A stretch of 39,404 nt of DNA, taken from contig NC_068983.1 of assembly GCF_001194135.2 (NCBI RefSeq), positions 24,083,328-24,122,731 on the forward strand, given 5' to 3'. The stretch is from Octopus bimaculoides (taxonomy: Eukaryota). Shown piece after piece: positions 1 to 11,841 of the stretch (within the stretch, counting starts at the first letter, position 1; each line of letters starts with the position of its first letter). The notes below the pieces were generated by a model. It was not told the DNA's origin and did no database searches. It saw only the letters and a list, made by a program, of their open reading frames with translations. The position numbers were made by a program, and so were the translations under genes.

Positions 1-565
1 TATATACATATATATATATATATATATATACATAGAACTCTCTCTCTTTACACACGCACATATACACATATATATGCATATACATATACACATACATACA
101 TACATACATACATACATGCATACATCCATACATATACACATACGTACATACGTACAAACATGTTAGTTATATTAGTTGTCTGTAATATAATACAATAAAG
201 TATTCCCTGATGAGTTGTGGTTAAGCGTCCAATTGCTGTTGGAACATCCGATGCAGACTTCCAAACCTCCACAACAGCAAAAAAAACATACACAAAAGCA
301 AATGATATTAACTTTTGTTTATAATAATTTCTCCCACATTTGCTCAGTGTATCATAACTAATAATACTATGAAGTATAGTAGTATAGTAACAAAACCATT
401 TTACTGGAAGCAAGCTTTATGATAATAATTTATGTGGACCTCTGTAAGTTAACTGTAGAAGCTATACATCTGTTTGGGCACACAAGATACACAAGATACA
501 CACTGGCACAGACACAGAGACACACACACTCACACACGTGTATGTGTGTGTGTGTGAATATATTT

Positions 566-866
566 TTAACTCGAATGTGGAATCTAAAAACAGAAACAAT
601 TCCTATCATAGTAGGTGCCTTAGGTATAATAAAAAAATATTCAGACAAATACATAACAAAAATAGCAGGACTTACAAATATATATAACATACAGAAAATT
701 GCACTACTGGGTACTGCACACATTCTACGCAAAACACTTTCAATACAGTAAACATAAGAGCACCACAGCAAACCACAGCACATACCCAAGGCGCACAGAG
801 CTGCGCTCGGTAGTGAAGTGAAAGCACGTTATAAAAATAAAACTACTGAATAATAATAATAATAAT
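566..866 (+). mobile_element. 3' end of an R4/Dong-like (restriction-enzyme-like endonuclease) non-LTR retrotransposon: ORF C-terminus, 3' UTR and (TAA)n tail
   Basis: Translation RMWNLKTETIPIIVGALGIIKK...IQKIALLGTAHILRKTLSIQ* (stop at 751) matches the typical RLE-clade C-terminus, followed by a short UTR and TAA repeats. Confidence 0.8.
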
Positions 867-1067
867 AATATAGAAAGGATTGAGGTAACTCCTCCTGAAG
901 ATATAGAGTCAAAATTAAAAGAAGAGTGCCATTTGCTATCTTGTGAACAATATTTCGACATCTCGCGTGTCTTCCATTGGTTCAAAAAATAAATTTGTCA
1001 ATCTACTTCATTTTGGTTAATATAGAAAGGATTGAGGTAACTCCTCCTGAAGATATAGAGTCAAAAT
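867..1067 (+). repeat. Exact 49-bp direct duplication (867-915 and 1019-1067) between two (TAA)n tracts
   Basis: aatatagaaaggattgaggtaactcctcctgaagatatagagtcaaaat is present twice. Confidence 0.95.

Positions 1068-1150
<83 letters not shown>
1064..1150. repeat. (TAA)n microsatellite
   Basis: Direct inspection. Confidence 0.98.
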
Positions 1151-1154
<4 letters not shown>

Positions 1155-1720
1155 GCCCTAATGCAGTACCAAGCAGTGACTCACATGGCTTCTCATCTTA
1201 ACTGATTGGAAGTGTTATCATGTACATTGTTTTGTCTTGGTATAAAAGATGGGCTACAGCAAATATTCTGCTCAATACCACAGATTTGATTGTCAGTTGT
1301 TTGACCTTAACCAGTTGAGCATGTCCCTTGGTGGCTGACAATATGTGCATCTCTGATGATGAGCAGAAGTAGTGGGGGAGAATCATAGCCATGTGTTGAG
1401 AGGAATTCTTTGGGGTTTGGATAATTTACCTTTGGAAACATGGGTATTTCGTTCGACATCCTCAAACAACCTTTATTCAAGGAACTTTTGAGCAGGATCG
1501 GCTACTCGAAGAAAATTCTAACTGGACCATACCTGCAAGGTCATGCACTGTTTATCTTGATAAGAGACCACTATGTTGCACACATATGGTTGTGATGCAT
1601 GTGCCTGGTGTACCCTTATCAGATGGATAGTCATGATGGGTATACTGGGCTTCGTATATTTTACCCCAGTGTCACTTTGATGGCATACCCTGCTCTCTCA
1701 CTCAATAATAATAATAATAA
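1151..1720 (+). mobile_element. Probable non-LTR retroelement 3' UTR-derived repeat ending in a (TAA)n tail
   Basis: Higher-GC non-coding block ending ...tgctctctcactc(aat)n. It resembles an abundant octopus repeat; the family name is not certain. Confidence 0.5.
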
Positions 1721-2140
1721 TAAATATAATAATATAAATAATAAATAATAATAAAAATATAATAATAAATAATAAAAAAGGAGCACTCCGTCGGTTATAT
1801 ATCGTTCATATATTTTTTACACATATTTTTTCTGTATTCTACCTTCCACCCTGCATTTTTCTTGTGTGTATATAGACATACACATGGACATTTTTTGTGC
1901 ACATGTGGATGTGTGCATGTGTGCGGGTACGTGCAAATATAGACGTGTGTGTGTGCTTGCATGTGAGAATGTGCGTATATAGATGTGTTTTACCCTTATT
2001 GCTTTTTTACTAACTTTTTTTACACTTTTTTCTGTATTTTGCCTTTAACCCTGTTTTTACTTGTGCATGTGCGTATATAGAGGTGTGTATGAACCTTTTT
2101 CGCGTGCATATGTATGTGTGTGAGCATGTTGCGCGCGCTG

Positions 2141-2171
<31 letters not shown>

Positions 2172-2379
2172 CATGTATGTGGGTATGTAAATATTTTTTG
2201 GCGAATGTGTGGGTGAGCATGTGTGTGTTTCAAGTGAGGGTGGATGAGTATTTACATATAGGCACATGTACGTGGGTATGTGGGCATGCATGTGTATGTA
2301 TGGACTGGTGCGTTTAGGTGAATACTATGGACTTTTTTACTCCCTTACCTTTACTCCCTCCCCTCACTTAGCGATAATT

Positions 2380-2565
2380 CTAATAGCTATTTTATCTTAA
2401 TAACGGTCAATCACACAGTAATTTCCCTTAATAGTCATTTTCATAGCATTTTTTCGATGGCCAGATAACTGAAGAGATGGCGGCGTGAGTTTCCTCCCCA
2501 ACATCCAAAACTCGGAGTTTCTTCATGGCTACCGAATAATTGTCACATATTATTTACAGATAAAT
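2380..2565 (+). mobile_element. Dispersed repeat (Penelope-like terminal region) carrying a decayed hammerhead-like motif; inverted copy at 20620-20800
   Basis: The reverse complement aligns to 20620-20800 at high identity by eye. It contains CTGAAGA...CATCC(A)AAACTCGGAGTT. Confidence 0.6.
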
Positions 2566-2624
2566 TCCTCTATTTACATAATATTGAAGTCTCTTTCTTT
2601 CTTTTGTTGTCTTAGCTTTTCTAT

Positions 2625-2659
<35 letters not shown>

Positions 2660-2999
2660 NNNNNNNNNNNNNNNNNNNNNNNNNNNNNNNNNNNNNNNNN
2701 NNNNNNNNNNNNNNNNNNNNNNNNNNNNNNNNNNNNNNNNNNNNNNNNNNNNNNNNNNNNNNNNNNNNNNNNNNNNNNNNNNNNNNNNNNNNNNNNNNNN
2801 NNNNNNNNNNNNNNNNNNNNNNNNNNNNNNNNNNNNNNNNNNNNNNNNNNNNNNNNNNNNNNNNNNNNNNNTCTTCTTGTGGTCTCTTTTGCTGAACTGC
2901 TAAGTTACAGAGATGTAAACACACCAGCAAGTGGGTTATCAAGCAGTGGTGAGAGACAAAGACACACACAGACACACACACACACACACACACTCCGTC

Positions 3000-3400
3000 A
3001 GAAGGATAATCCTGAGGACAAATAAATAAGAACCTATAATATGGTAGAAGCCATAGCCACTCATAATAAAAAGGATACTAGTGGAATATCCCAGTGGAAA
3101 CCTCAATAAAATGTAAGCACAACAGACCAGATATAATGATTTGGGATAGAGAAGAGAAACTGTGTTAACATAAGGCTGAAGATCAGTGAAAAAGAGAACA
3201 CTTATGCTGAACTGTTGAGAAATCTTCAGTTACTCTATCCAGATTACAGGTTTATACCTGTAATTATTGAGGCCCTAGGATATGTAACATACTGCCTAAA
3301 CACCAATCTTGAGAAAGAAGAAAGCTAATTCAAAGACTACAATCCATCACTGGAACTGTAAAAATCTGTAAAACTTTCCAGAAGTTTATCCTTTAAATAT
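3000..3400 (+). pseudogene. Degenerate RLE-type non-LTR retrotransposon C-terminal fragment
   Basis: Broken frames give HNRPDIMIWDREEKLC, EKENTYAELLRNLQLLYPDYRFIPVIIEALGYV and ITGTVKICKTFQKF, consistent with an RLE (PD..D) region. Confidence 0.7.
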
Positions 3401-3527
3401 ATATGAGTATGTCTAGATATGCAACTATATGCATGAGAATACATACAAAAAACATACAAATCTACACATACATACATACATATATACACACATACATACA
3501 TACATACATACAAACAAACAAAAATAC

Positions 3528-3618
3528 CCTGTTGTTGATGTTGAAATTCCAATAAAAGAGCTTCAGATCTCGGTTAGAAACCCATTCCTTCTCTGTTGGC
3601 AAGAAATCATGAAATAAA
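3528..3618 (-). CDS. Candidate 91-nt coding exon of an unidentified minus-strand gene (xLFHDFLPTEKEWVSNRDLKLFYWNFNINNR)
   Basis: Acceptor cattattcag and donor AGG|gtattt. Only one open frame, in non-repeat sequence flanked by microsatellites. Confidence 0.4.
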
Positions 3619-4289
3619 CTGAATAATGACATACATATATATCTCAATGAATGAAATTAATACTGACTTCATCAAGTAGGAAACTAAGATGACAAGACAA
3701 TACAAATGTTAAACATCAGAAGGCACTCCATTTGTCAACTTTTAACTAAGAATGATAGAAGTTACTATTACTTTCTCTGCTAAATTACCATTATGAGAGT
3801 CTACCACTAACAAATACAGAAGAAACTAGAAAGAAAATGATTATATAGAAACTGTCAGAAGATTATTAAGAAATAAGTTTCATTTTCATTAAAATATATC
3901 CAGCATGGCCTATTTATTTTCTCATTATTGTCTTTAATTTCTTTTAATTACTTCATACTAAGCCTAGAATTAGTGGAGTCATTTGAGCGTGAGGCAAATG
4001 TCTCACACTATTAGTTCTGGCTCACTGCACTCAGAGTTCAGATGTCACTGAGATCAACTTTGCTTTCATTCTTTCATAGTCAATGTCATGTACCAGTCCA
4101 GTGTGGTGGAGTGGCAGAAATGTTAGAGTGTTGAACAAGGGATGGTTGTAGGGTTATGAAGCTCACTTTGTGGTTTTGGTGCAGTCTCACTGCATGGCAC
4201 CTCAAACAAGTGTCTTTTACTATAACTACAGGATGATCAATGCCCTGCGAGACACTTTGGTAGACAGAAACTGTGTGAAACTCCATTGT

Positions 4290-4880
4290 ATGTATGAATT
4301 TATCATCATCATTTATCATCTGTTTTCCATGCTGGCATGGACTGGACAGTTTGACAGAAGCTGACCAGCCAGAGAGCTGAAGAAATGGAGAACTGCCAAG
4401 GCTCCATTTCTCTGTTTTGGCATGGTTCTTCATTGGATGCACTTCCTAATGCCAACCAATTTACAGAGTATGCTGGGTTCTTTTGTGTAACACCAGCATG
4501 AGTGCTTTTCCCATAGCACCAGGACGAGTGCTTTTGACATGGTGCCATTACATAATGTCTGCATGCATATATGTGTGTGTGTGTATGTATGTGTGTGTAT
4601 GTATACATATATATATATATATATATATCTATATATATCATCATCATCATCATTTAACGTCCGCTTTCCATGCTAGCATGGGTTGGACGATTTGACTGAG
4701 GACTGGTGAACCAGGTGGCTACACCAGGCTCCAATCTGATTTGGCAGAGTTTCTACAGCTAGATACCCTTCCTAACGCCAACCACTCCAAGAGTGTAGTG
4801 GGTTCTTTTACGTGCAACCGGCACGAAGGCCAGTCAGGTGGTAATAGCAACGGCCATGCTCAAAATGGTGTATTTTACGA
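4290..4880 (-). mobile_element. Two RTE-type LINE 3'-tail repeats (about 4290-4560 degenerate; 4638-4880) with (GAT)n tails
   Basis: Contain (atc)n-tttaacgtccgctttccatgctagcatgggttggacg, shared with 13941, 21250-21312, 27864-28049 and 35890-36193. Confidence 0.75.
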
Positions 4881-5431
4881 TATATATATATATAGTGGGT
4901 GTATGTGCATGTTGTGTGTGTGCATGTGTGTGTGTGCGTGTGTGTGTGTGTGTGTGGGCATGTGTATCTTTGTGTTCGTGTATCTAAATTTGTCATTGCT
5001 TGACAATTAGAAGTGGTTTGTTTATGTCCTCATAACTTAGTGGTTCAGCAAAAGACACCTAATAGAATAAGTACCAGATTTATAAACAAAACAAGTACTG
5101 GGGCTGATTTGTTTGGTTACATTCAGCCCAAGGGGTGAAACATGTAAAAATTGTAAGGAAAAGGTGTCTTGTATTTTTTCTTATTTTCCGCATTCTGAGT
5201 TTGTGGGTGATAGATTTTAGTCCATCATCTGATTTAACAACATCACTAGTTTCCTTGAGTGCCCTTAATGGGGTTCACATTGTTGCAAACATTCAGACCA
5301 AATCTTTGGTTTGAGGGTAATTTGTTTCCATCATTCTTAGAATTCATGGAAAAAGTTATGCTCTCTCTATTCAGAAAAAAATGTTAAAAAAACTTAATTC
5401 CAAGAAACACACACACACACACACACACACA

Positions 5432-5471
<40 letters not shown>

Positions 5472-5483
5472 NNNNNNNNNNTG

Positions 5484-5515
<32 letters not shown>

Positions 5516-5649
5516 CTCAACTCTGTTGGTCACGAATGATGATGGGTGCACCTAAGGGGTTCCCCTCTGGTGTACAAGTTTGGGCGAACACACAACCTAG
5601 GGTTGTTTTCATGGAAGACCAGCAGTCACCCATGCATACCAGCCACCCC

Positions 5650-5860
5650 TCTCTATGTCATTGATGTTATCCCAGTGAAAGGCAAAGGCCGATACAGCTT
5701 GGCATCAATGACGTCGCAACTCATTTCTACAGCTGAGTGAAATGGAGCAATGTGAAATAAAGTGTCTTGCTTGAAAACACAACATGCATCCCAGTCTGGG
5801 AATTGAAGTCACAACCTCACGATTGTAAGCTCAACGCTCTAACCACTGAGCCATGTGTGT

Positions 5861-5863
<3 letters not shown>
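5650..5863 (-). mobile_element. tRNA-derived SINE
   Basis: The reverse strand has an A-box-like tggctcagtggttagag, a B-box-like element and a SINE body. Confidence 0.65.
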
Positions 5864-5906
<43 letters not shown>

Positions 5907-6121
5907 ATAAATATACAATATACACAATATATGTGTGTGTGTGTGTATTATGTAAGCAGAGTAAAATCAAAGCCATGTCCTCTTAAAGCACATCTGCATA
6001 TTCCTGGATTACAATCAAGTATGTATTTGCTGTCATTGTTGTATTGATGTGAGGAACCTACTAGAGTTGGGAACTCTGGAAATACTGTTTGCAGAGTGAT
6101 TATGCTGCAAAACAGGATGCA

Positions 6122-6189
6122 GGAAAATTTTTTGGTATTATTTATATATATAATATAATGGCGAATAAATAATACCAAAAGAATTTTCC
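6122..6189. other. AT-rich hairpin with a stem of about 24 bp and one bulge
   Basis: ggaaaattttttggtattattta pairs with taaataataccaaaagaattttcc. Confidence 0.85.
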
Positions 6190-6659
6190 AACTTCTTGCT
6201 TTGTTTTATATATATATATATATATAGTTTACTGTTCCATTATTAGTAGGAGCAACATAAAAGTACTCCAACCAATGAGAGATGAATATCGTTTAATATA
6301 GACCGTATCTAAATATGAGATGCTAATAGTTCTATGCTGTGAAAACAAAATAATTCAGGATATTTATCTATCATGCATGGTGTCTCCAACCAATCCTTCA
6401 AGCTAAAATGCACATAGCTGGTCTTATTCCAAATAAAACCGCCCATGTTGTGTACTCAAGCCTGAAGGGTTGCTTTGAGCAAAAGTATAATATATAAATC
6501 AGCCGAATTATTGTGTTTTTTACAGCATGAAACTATTAGTAGCTCATATTTAAATACTGTCTCTATATGAGTAAATTCATTTGCTTAATATCTATTTTTT
6601 ATACTTGCATGTGTTGGGACAAATATGCTATTTGATAAGATGTTTTATGTGCATGTGTA

Positions 6660-6709
<50 letters not shown>

Positions 6710-6737
6710 CACACACAATATCTCATGGAAGTATGTA

Positions 6738-7963
6738 CATCCCTAAAAAATTTCAGTAAAATTGCCATTACTCTGATATCACAATAAAGCCTTGAATCCA
6801 TTGTTCTCTTAATGAATGTGAGTCCTCCCTCAAAACCTGCACTCATGCATCCCCAAAGCATAACACTTCTGCTGCCGTGTTTCACAGAAGGCACAGTGCA
6901 TTTGTTGTTATTATCTTCACCTGGTCATCACCACACTCTGGTTTGAGAATAATTTGTTTCCATCATTCTCAGAGCCCATAGAAAAGCTTTATTCCAAGAA
7001 ACACACACACACACACAATATATATATATATATGTATATATAAGTATATACATGTGTGTATGTAACTACATGTGGATTGTTGGTGCTTTTATCTTCCGTC
7101 TTGTTTTTCTTTTGGACAGCTCTCTCTCTCCTGTTTCTGAAAAAGAGCTTTGCTTGAAACATAAAACACCCTTTTTTCCTTCCCTGAGCGTTTTATTAAT
7201 ACTTTGCATGTACCACGTCCATCAGACTCAAACAAGTTGATTTTTGTCTTGTCAGAAAAAAGAATTTTATTCCAAAACTCCTTTTTCTTATTCACTTAGG
7301 TTTCAGTAAAAAAAAAGATGACTTAATATATGTCTGGTAGTGAGGAGAGGCTTCTTACGAGGAATGCATCCATGAAGACCGCACTGATCCAAACTTCAGC
7401 GAACTGTTTGGGTGGATACACTCTTTCCACTAACAGAAGACACTTCTTGAGCCAAAGATGAAGTGGTACGATGCTTATCGTTCATCACACAATGTGGTGA
7501 ATATCATGTGCAGTTAAAATAGGACAACTTGAATGATGTAAATTGTTTGCTAATTAACTTGCATCCTAAAATAATTTTCTTCAAATCTTCAGACAATTAT
7601 TTTCCTTTTGGTGCCATTTTAATCACAATGAAGAAGATTTTCACCATGGTACACAAATAACAACGACTGGTACAAAAATGCCAGGAGAAATAATTTATTA
7701 GAATTGAAATTATCAGCAATATCTGAATTTAGTAAAAATAGTGGATAAAATATTGAATATGGCAAATTTCCTTTAGGGTGTACGTATTTTTGCATCATTT
7801 GAAAGTTAGTATTTTGTTCATATCTTTGAAAATGTTTATTGTTTTATGTTCCAAATTTGTATAATGTTTGCATGTATAATACATTTTGTTCAGTATAAAT
7901 GTTGTTTGATATCCTTCAGTATTATTAGAGTAATGGCAATTTTACTGAAATTTTTTAGGGGTG
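6738..7963 (-). mobile_element. Internally deleted Tc1 transposon with 37-bp TIRs (36/37 identical), TA flanks and a transposase pseudogene
   Basis: TIR ca[t/c]ccctaaaaaatttcagtaaaattgccattactct at both ends, with TA at 6736-37 and 7964-65. Fragments read MAPKGK*LSEDLKKIIL (ATG at 7617), RKKPLL, FWNKILFSDKTKINLFESDG and VKHGSRSVMLWGCMSA. Confidence 0.92.
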
Positions 7964-7997
7964 TACACACACGTATACACACACACACGCACACACA

Positions 7998-8230
7998 AAG
8001 GCGGCGAGCTGGCAGAAATGTTAGCACGTCGGCGAAATGCTTAGCAGTATTTCGTCTGCCGCTACGTTCTGAGTTCAAATTCCACCGAGGTTGACTTTGC
8101 CTTTCATCCTTTCAGGGCTGATTAAATAAGTACCAGTTATGCACTGGGGTCGATATAATCAACTTAATCCGTTTGTCTGTCCTTGTTTGTCCCCTCTGTG
8201 TGTAGCCCCTTGTGGGTAGTAAAGAAATAA
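7998..8230 (+). mobile_element. SINE family A (ggcgagctggcagaa...gttcaaattcc...aaagaaata)
   Basis: Near-identical copies at 26123-26361, 27073-27290 and 37126-37340 (-), and a degenerate copy at 34213-34420. Confidence 0.85.
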
Positions 8231-8299
8231 CACACGCGCACACACACACACACACACACACACCCACACCCACACACAGATATAGATATAGATACAGTT

Positions 8300-8576
8300 G
8301 GGGGTGTGTGGCCTGGTAGTTTGGCTGTTGCACTCATGATCACTAGATCATGGGTTTGATACCCAGACCAGGCAGCATGTTGTGTTCTTGAGTAAAAGCA
8401 ATTCATTTCATGTTGCTCCAGTCATTGCTCTCAATCAAGGAGTAGGGGGGGGGTGTTGGCATACTTGCCGAGCTGGCAGGGTGACATCATTTGAAGGCTA
8501 AAACAATGCATAGTGCATTGTGACCAGCAATGTGCAACAGCATTTGATAGTCTGGTTGGTCACATGATCATGTGAT
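8300..8576 (+). mobile_element. tRNA-derived SINE (family D); related copy at about 28331-28620
   Basis: tRNA-like head (tggcctggtagtt...ggtttgataccc) and a body ttgtgttcttgag.aaaa shared with the 28331 copy. Confidence 0.65.
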
Positions 8577-8732
8577 ATAGGTATAGATATAAACATAGAT
8601 ATACAGCTTTTTCCCAGTTTCCTTCAACCAAATCTACTTTCAAGGTTTTGCTTCCAGACACACAAAATTCAGCAGCTCTACAGGATTGATTGTTTGAGTA
8701 AGGAATAACACACTTCTTCACTGTCATACTTT

Positions 8733-9174
8733 GACAGTGGGTTTAAACAAGCTCGCTAGATTGTGCTAGAGTGTGAGATTCTGACATAAGGCCTTACGAC
8801 TTCCTTTTTTCTTGCCAAGACATCAGACTGTAAAGATGTGATCTAGTTGGCTCTCAGACACCACATGTCAGCTAGCAGACAGGTACATGGTATAAAGAAT
8901 ATATATGAACAAGGCTGTAACTTTCAATGTCTTTAATGCTGGCCACACGTATATATACAAGCTGAATGACAAATGGAAATGGTTGATGTGTATAGGCCAT
9001 GATCTTCTCCTGGGCGTTGCCTCCTGTGTGCTAGCTGGTGTGTGGTGTCAGAGAGCTGACTAGATCATGTCTTTATGGTCTGACATCTTGGTGAGAAAAA
9101 AAGGAAGTTGTAAAGACTCGTGTCAGAATCTCACACTCTAGTGCCATCTAGTGAGCTTGTTTAAACCCGCTGTC
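8733..9174. repeat. Long foldback: 151/152-bp inverted arms (8733-8883, 9023-9174) with a 139-bp spacer; MITE-like
   Basis: Manual alignment gives 25 substitutions and 1 gap (about 83% identity). Confidence 0.9.
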
Positions 9175-9719
9175 TAGGGAAGTAACTGTGCCTACAGTTT
9201 CTTGTACCAGTGACATCAAAGTAGTCAACACTTTTATGTCTGTGGCCCTACAGAGGTTATCTAAAGAGTACCGTCTCATCTGTATCGGTTCTTATTCAAA
9301 ATAACTGCCTTCCCTCTATAACATGTTGCTTGTAACCTGGTTTATGGAGGCCACATTGCTTTTATTCTTAACATTTTTGGCATGGTATTTTATGCCTGGA
9401 TTTCTTCCTCATTGCCAACTATGTTACTGTGTGGACTGAGTTTAATTTTACCATACCACCAGCACAAGAGGATATTCTTTGCAACAGAACTAAACGATTG
9501 TGTCTACCCTGGTATATACACACTTCTCTTCAAATACACACTTCCCATAGTTTTTGCAGGCAGGGAGGTAGGAGATTGGTATCCATAGATTACTGCTGCG
9601 GGTACATGTATTATTTCATGTGATTAACACAGAATGTTTTCAAAAGAATAACACATTCACAGTTATCACAATTCCAGCTCTTCAAATTATCAGTTAGGTC
9701 CAGAATGGTGTTTTAACAT

Positions 9720-10190
9720 AAGACACAATACAGCTTGGCTTCTTCAATCTACTCTGTCTCAAATATGTATCCTTTCTTAATGGAATGCTTCCGATTATTC
9801 TGATTTCTGATTTAATCTATCTCTTTCTTATCAGTCACACTTATTCCATCTCTATGGATTTTGTGGTGTTTTTAACATTGTATTTTATATATTTCTTGTA
9901 TCTTCTTTTAGGCTTACTTTGTGGCCATTTTTCAAATTTTCATGTTGCAGTAGAAAAGCTATTTTGGGAGTTGTTCATTGTTCATTTATACCACAAGCTC
10001 TGAACTGTGCATTTAACTGGCAAAGATCTATGATTCAGTGATTAGGCAATCAGTTCTTTGGAGTACATCGATATAACTGGTGTTAATGTCTGCCATTTTA
10101 TATTATTTTTATTCCTCAAACATTTATGGTGAAATCTCTCCAGCAACTTGAGGTGTTAACTGTATATTGTTCATGTCCCAGAACAATATT
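9720..10190 (-). pseudogene. Degenerate RTE-like LINE ORF C-terminal region
   Basis: Broken frames give HLKLLERFHHKCLRN..IKWQTL, MNNEQLPK*LFY and KPKRRYK, typical RTE RT C-terminal motifs. Confidence 0.7.
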
Positions 10191-10488
10191 TCTACAGAAT
10201 GTGTATAAACACACACACAGAAAGTGATGCTAGTCATTCTGCACAGTCATGGATTTTGGTGTGGAAGAGAAATTTAGATTTACTCTCAAAATAATAATTC
10301 CTTTTTGTGACAGTGGATCTCAAAGCACATAAAGAATCACATCACAGCCTCTCTAAAGTTTATAAAACCTTATGACACCAACAACATACAATACTCACAA
10401 ATAAGAATGAAGTTTCTAATAAGGACAAAGAAATTCAAAGGTCCACTGGTTGAATACTTACCTTGTTTAGAGGAGATGTAGCTTAGAG

Positions 10489-10825
10489 CAGAGGTGTAGC
10501 CAAATTCTAAAGTTAAGGACAGTGAGTACATAAATAAAAAGCCACCATGTCACATACGAAACAATTTTTAATTCATTTCTCTTATATTAAGTGAAATATT
10601 TCATTTGTTATAATATACACAATTGTATTTTACATTCATTAATTTCATGATTCAGGGACAATGTGATTATGTATGAAAGTTACAACTACTGATATAGGGG
10701 GTGATGTGTAAAAGCTGAAACTCCAAGGCTTGTTTTACTTATTCAGATGTCAGCAGCCATCAATACATCATAGAAGATTAAGCAGACAGTTCAAAAACAC
10801 GAGAGGTTGGTCTAATAAAGTAATT
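10489..10825 (+). mobile_element. Partial copy of a non-autonomous hAT-like element (same family as 18675-19671)
   Basis: Starts cagaggtgtagcc (decayed CAGTGGCGTAGC TIR) and aligns with 18675-18822 plus 19296-19520. Confidence 0.75.
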
Positions 10826-10849
10826 ACTCTAGAAAATTCTTCCAAAGTC

Positions 10850-10894
<45 letters not shown>

Positions 10895-11597
10895 AACATA
10901 TATATTTATATAAAGAAATATAATAATAATAATATTAGGGACAAAATCCAAAATTACAGGTAAGAACTCAATTGAAATCAATTTATAAAAAATTGAAATT
11001 AAATTGAGCTTTACAGAGTAAAATATATATAAATATATAGTTTTAGGGAAAAGAACCAAGGTTCATGAACTCATTGATGAAAATCCAATGTCACATATAG
11101 AAAAATTAATAATTCAAAGCACAATAAATGAGTATAATATAATACAAAGTAAATATCATAAGATAAAGATAATAAAATNNNNNNNNNNNNNNNNNNNNNN
11201 NNNNNNNNNNNNNNNNNNNNNNNNNNNNNNNNNNNNNNNNNNNNNNNNNNNNNNNNNNNNNNNNNNNNNNNNNNNNNNNNNNNNNNNNNNNNNNNNNNNN
11301 NNNNNNNNNNNNNNNNNNNNNNNNNNNNNNNNNNNNNNNNNNNNNNNNNNNNNNNNNNNNNNNNNNNNNNNNNNNNNNNNNNNNNNNNNNNNNNNNNNNN
11401 NNNNNNNNNNNNNNNNNNNNNNNNNNNNNNNNNNNNNNNNNNNNNNNNNNNNNNNNNNNNNNNNNNNNNNNNNNNNNATATATATATATATATATATATA
11501 TAGTTACTACTAGCATCTCTTATTGAGATTCTCTGACAATTTACTTTGCTTATATATATAAATATTACAATAGAATAGTTGGGTAAAGCATTATATG

Positions 11598-11841
11598 ATA
11601 TACATTAGATAAACTTGTTAAATAAGGCCGGAACAATGCAAGCTAAAATTCAAAGTACACTGCAAAAATGAAAGCAGAACAACAGTTGGAGCTTTATCTC
11701 CATGTCCTGAAGAAGAGGTCCCTGAAATATCGATATATAAGGTTAAACTGCAACTGTTGCTTTGTTTTCTTTTCTGTAGTGTACTTAGCATTTCATCTTG
11801 CATTGTTTTGGCCTTATTTAACAAGTCTATCTAATATATAT
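11598..11841. repeat. Foldback: gapless inverted arms of about 96-99 bp (11601-11696, 11743-11838) with a loop of about 46 nt; MITE-like
   Basis: 79/96 positions identical between the left arm and the reverse complement of the right arm; TA-rich flanks. Confidence 0.9.

Noticed and set aside
6265-6445. Two ctccaaccaat (CCAAT) motifs and a CCGCCC box as a promoter
   Set aside because: These are short motifs expected by chance, with no supporting start site or CpG island.
9382-9640. Possible second retroelement RT fragment (RQGGRRLVSID)
   Set aside because: The resemblance is a single weak motif with no consistent frame, which is insufficient to call.
10462-10506. 45-nt minus-strand exon with a perfect AAG|gtaagt donor, apparently duplicated near 18690
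   Set aside because: The acceptor and apparent duplicate are the terminus of the hAT-like element, not an exon duplication. The only open frame does not join the neighbouring candidates. At most it is a cryptic exon.
11707-11737. CTGAAGA...GAAA-TATCGATA-TA in the foldback loop as a hammerhead
   Set aside because: There is no G10.1-C11.1 pair, stem II is poor, and no stem I is adjacent to the core.
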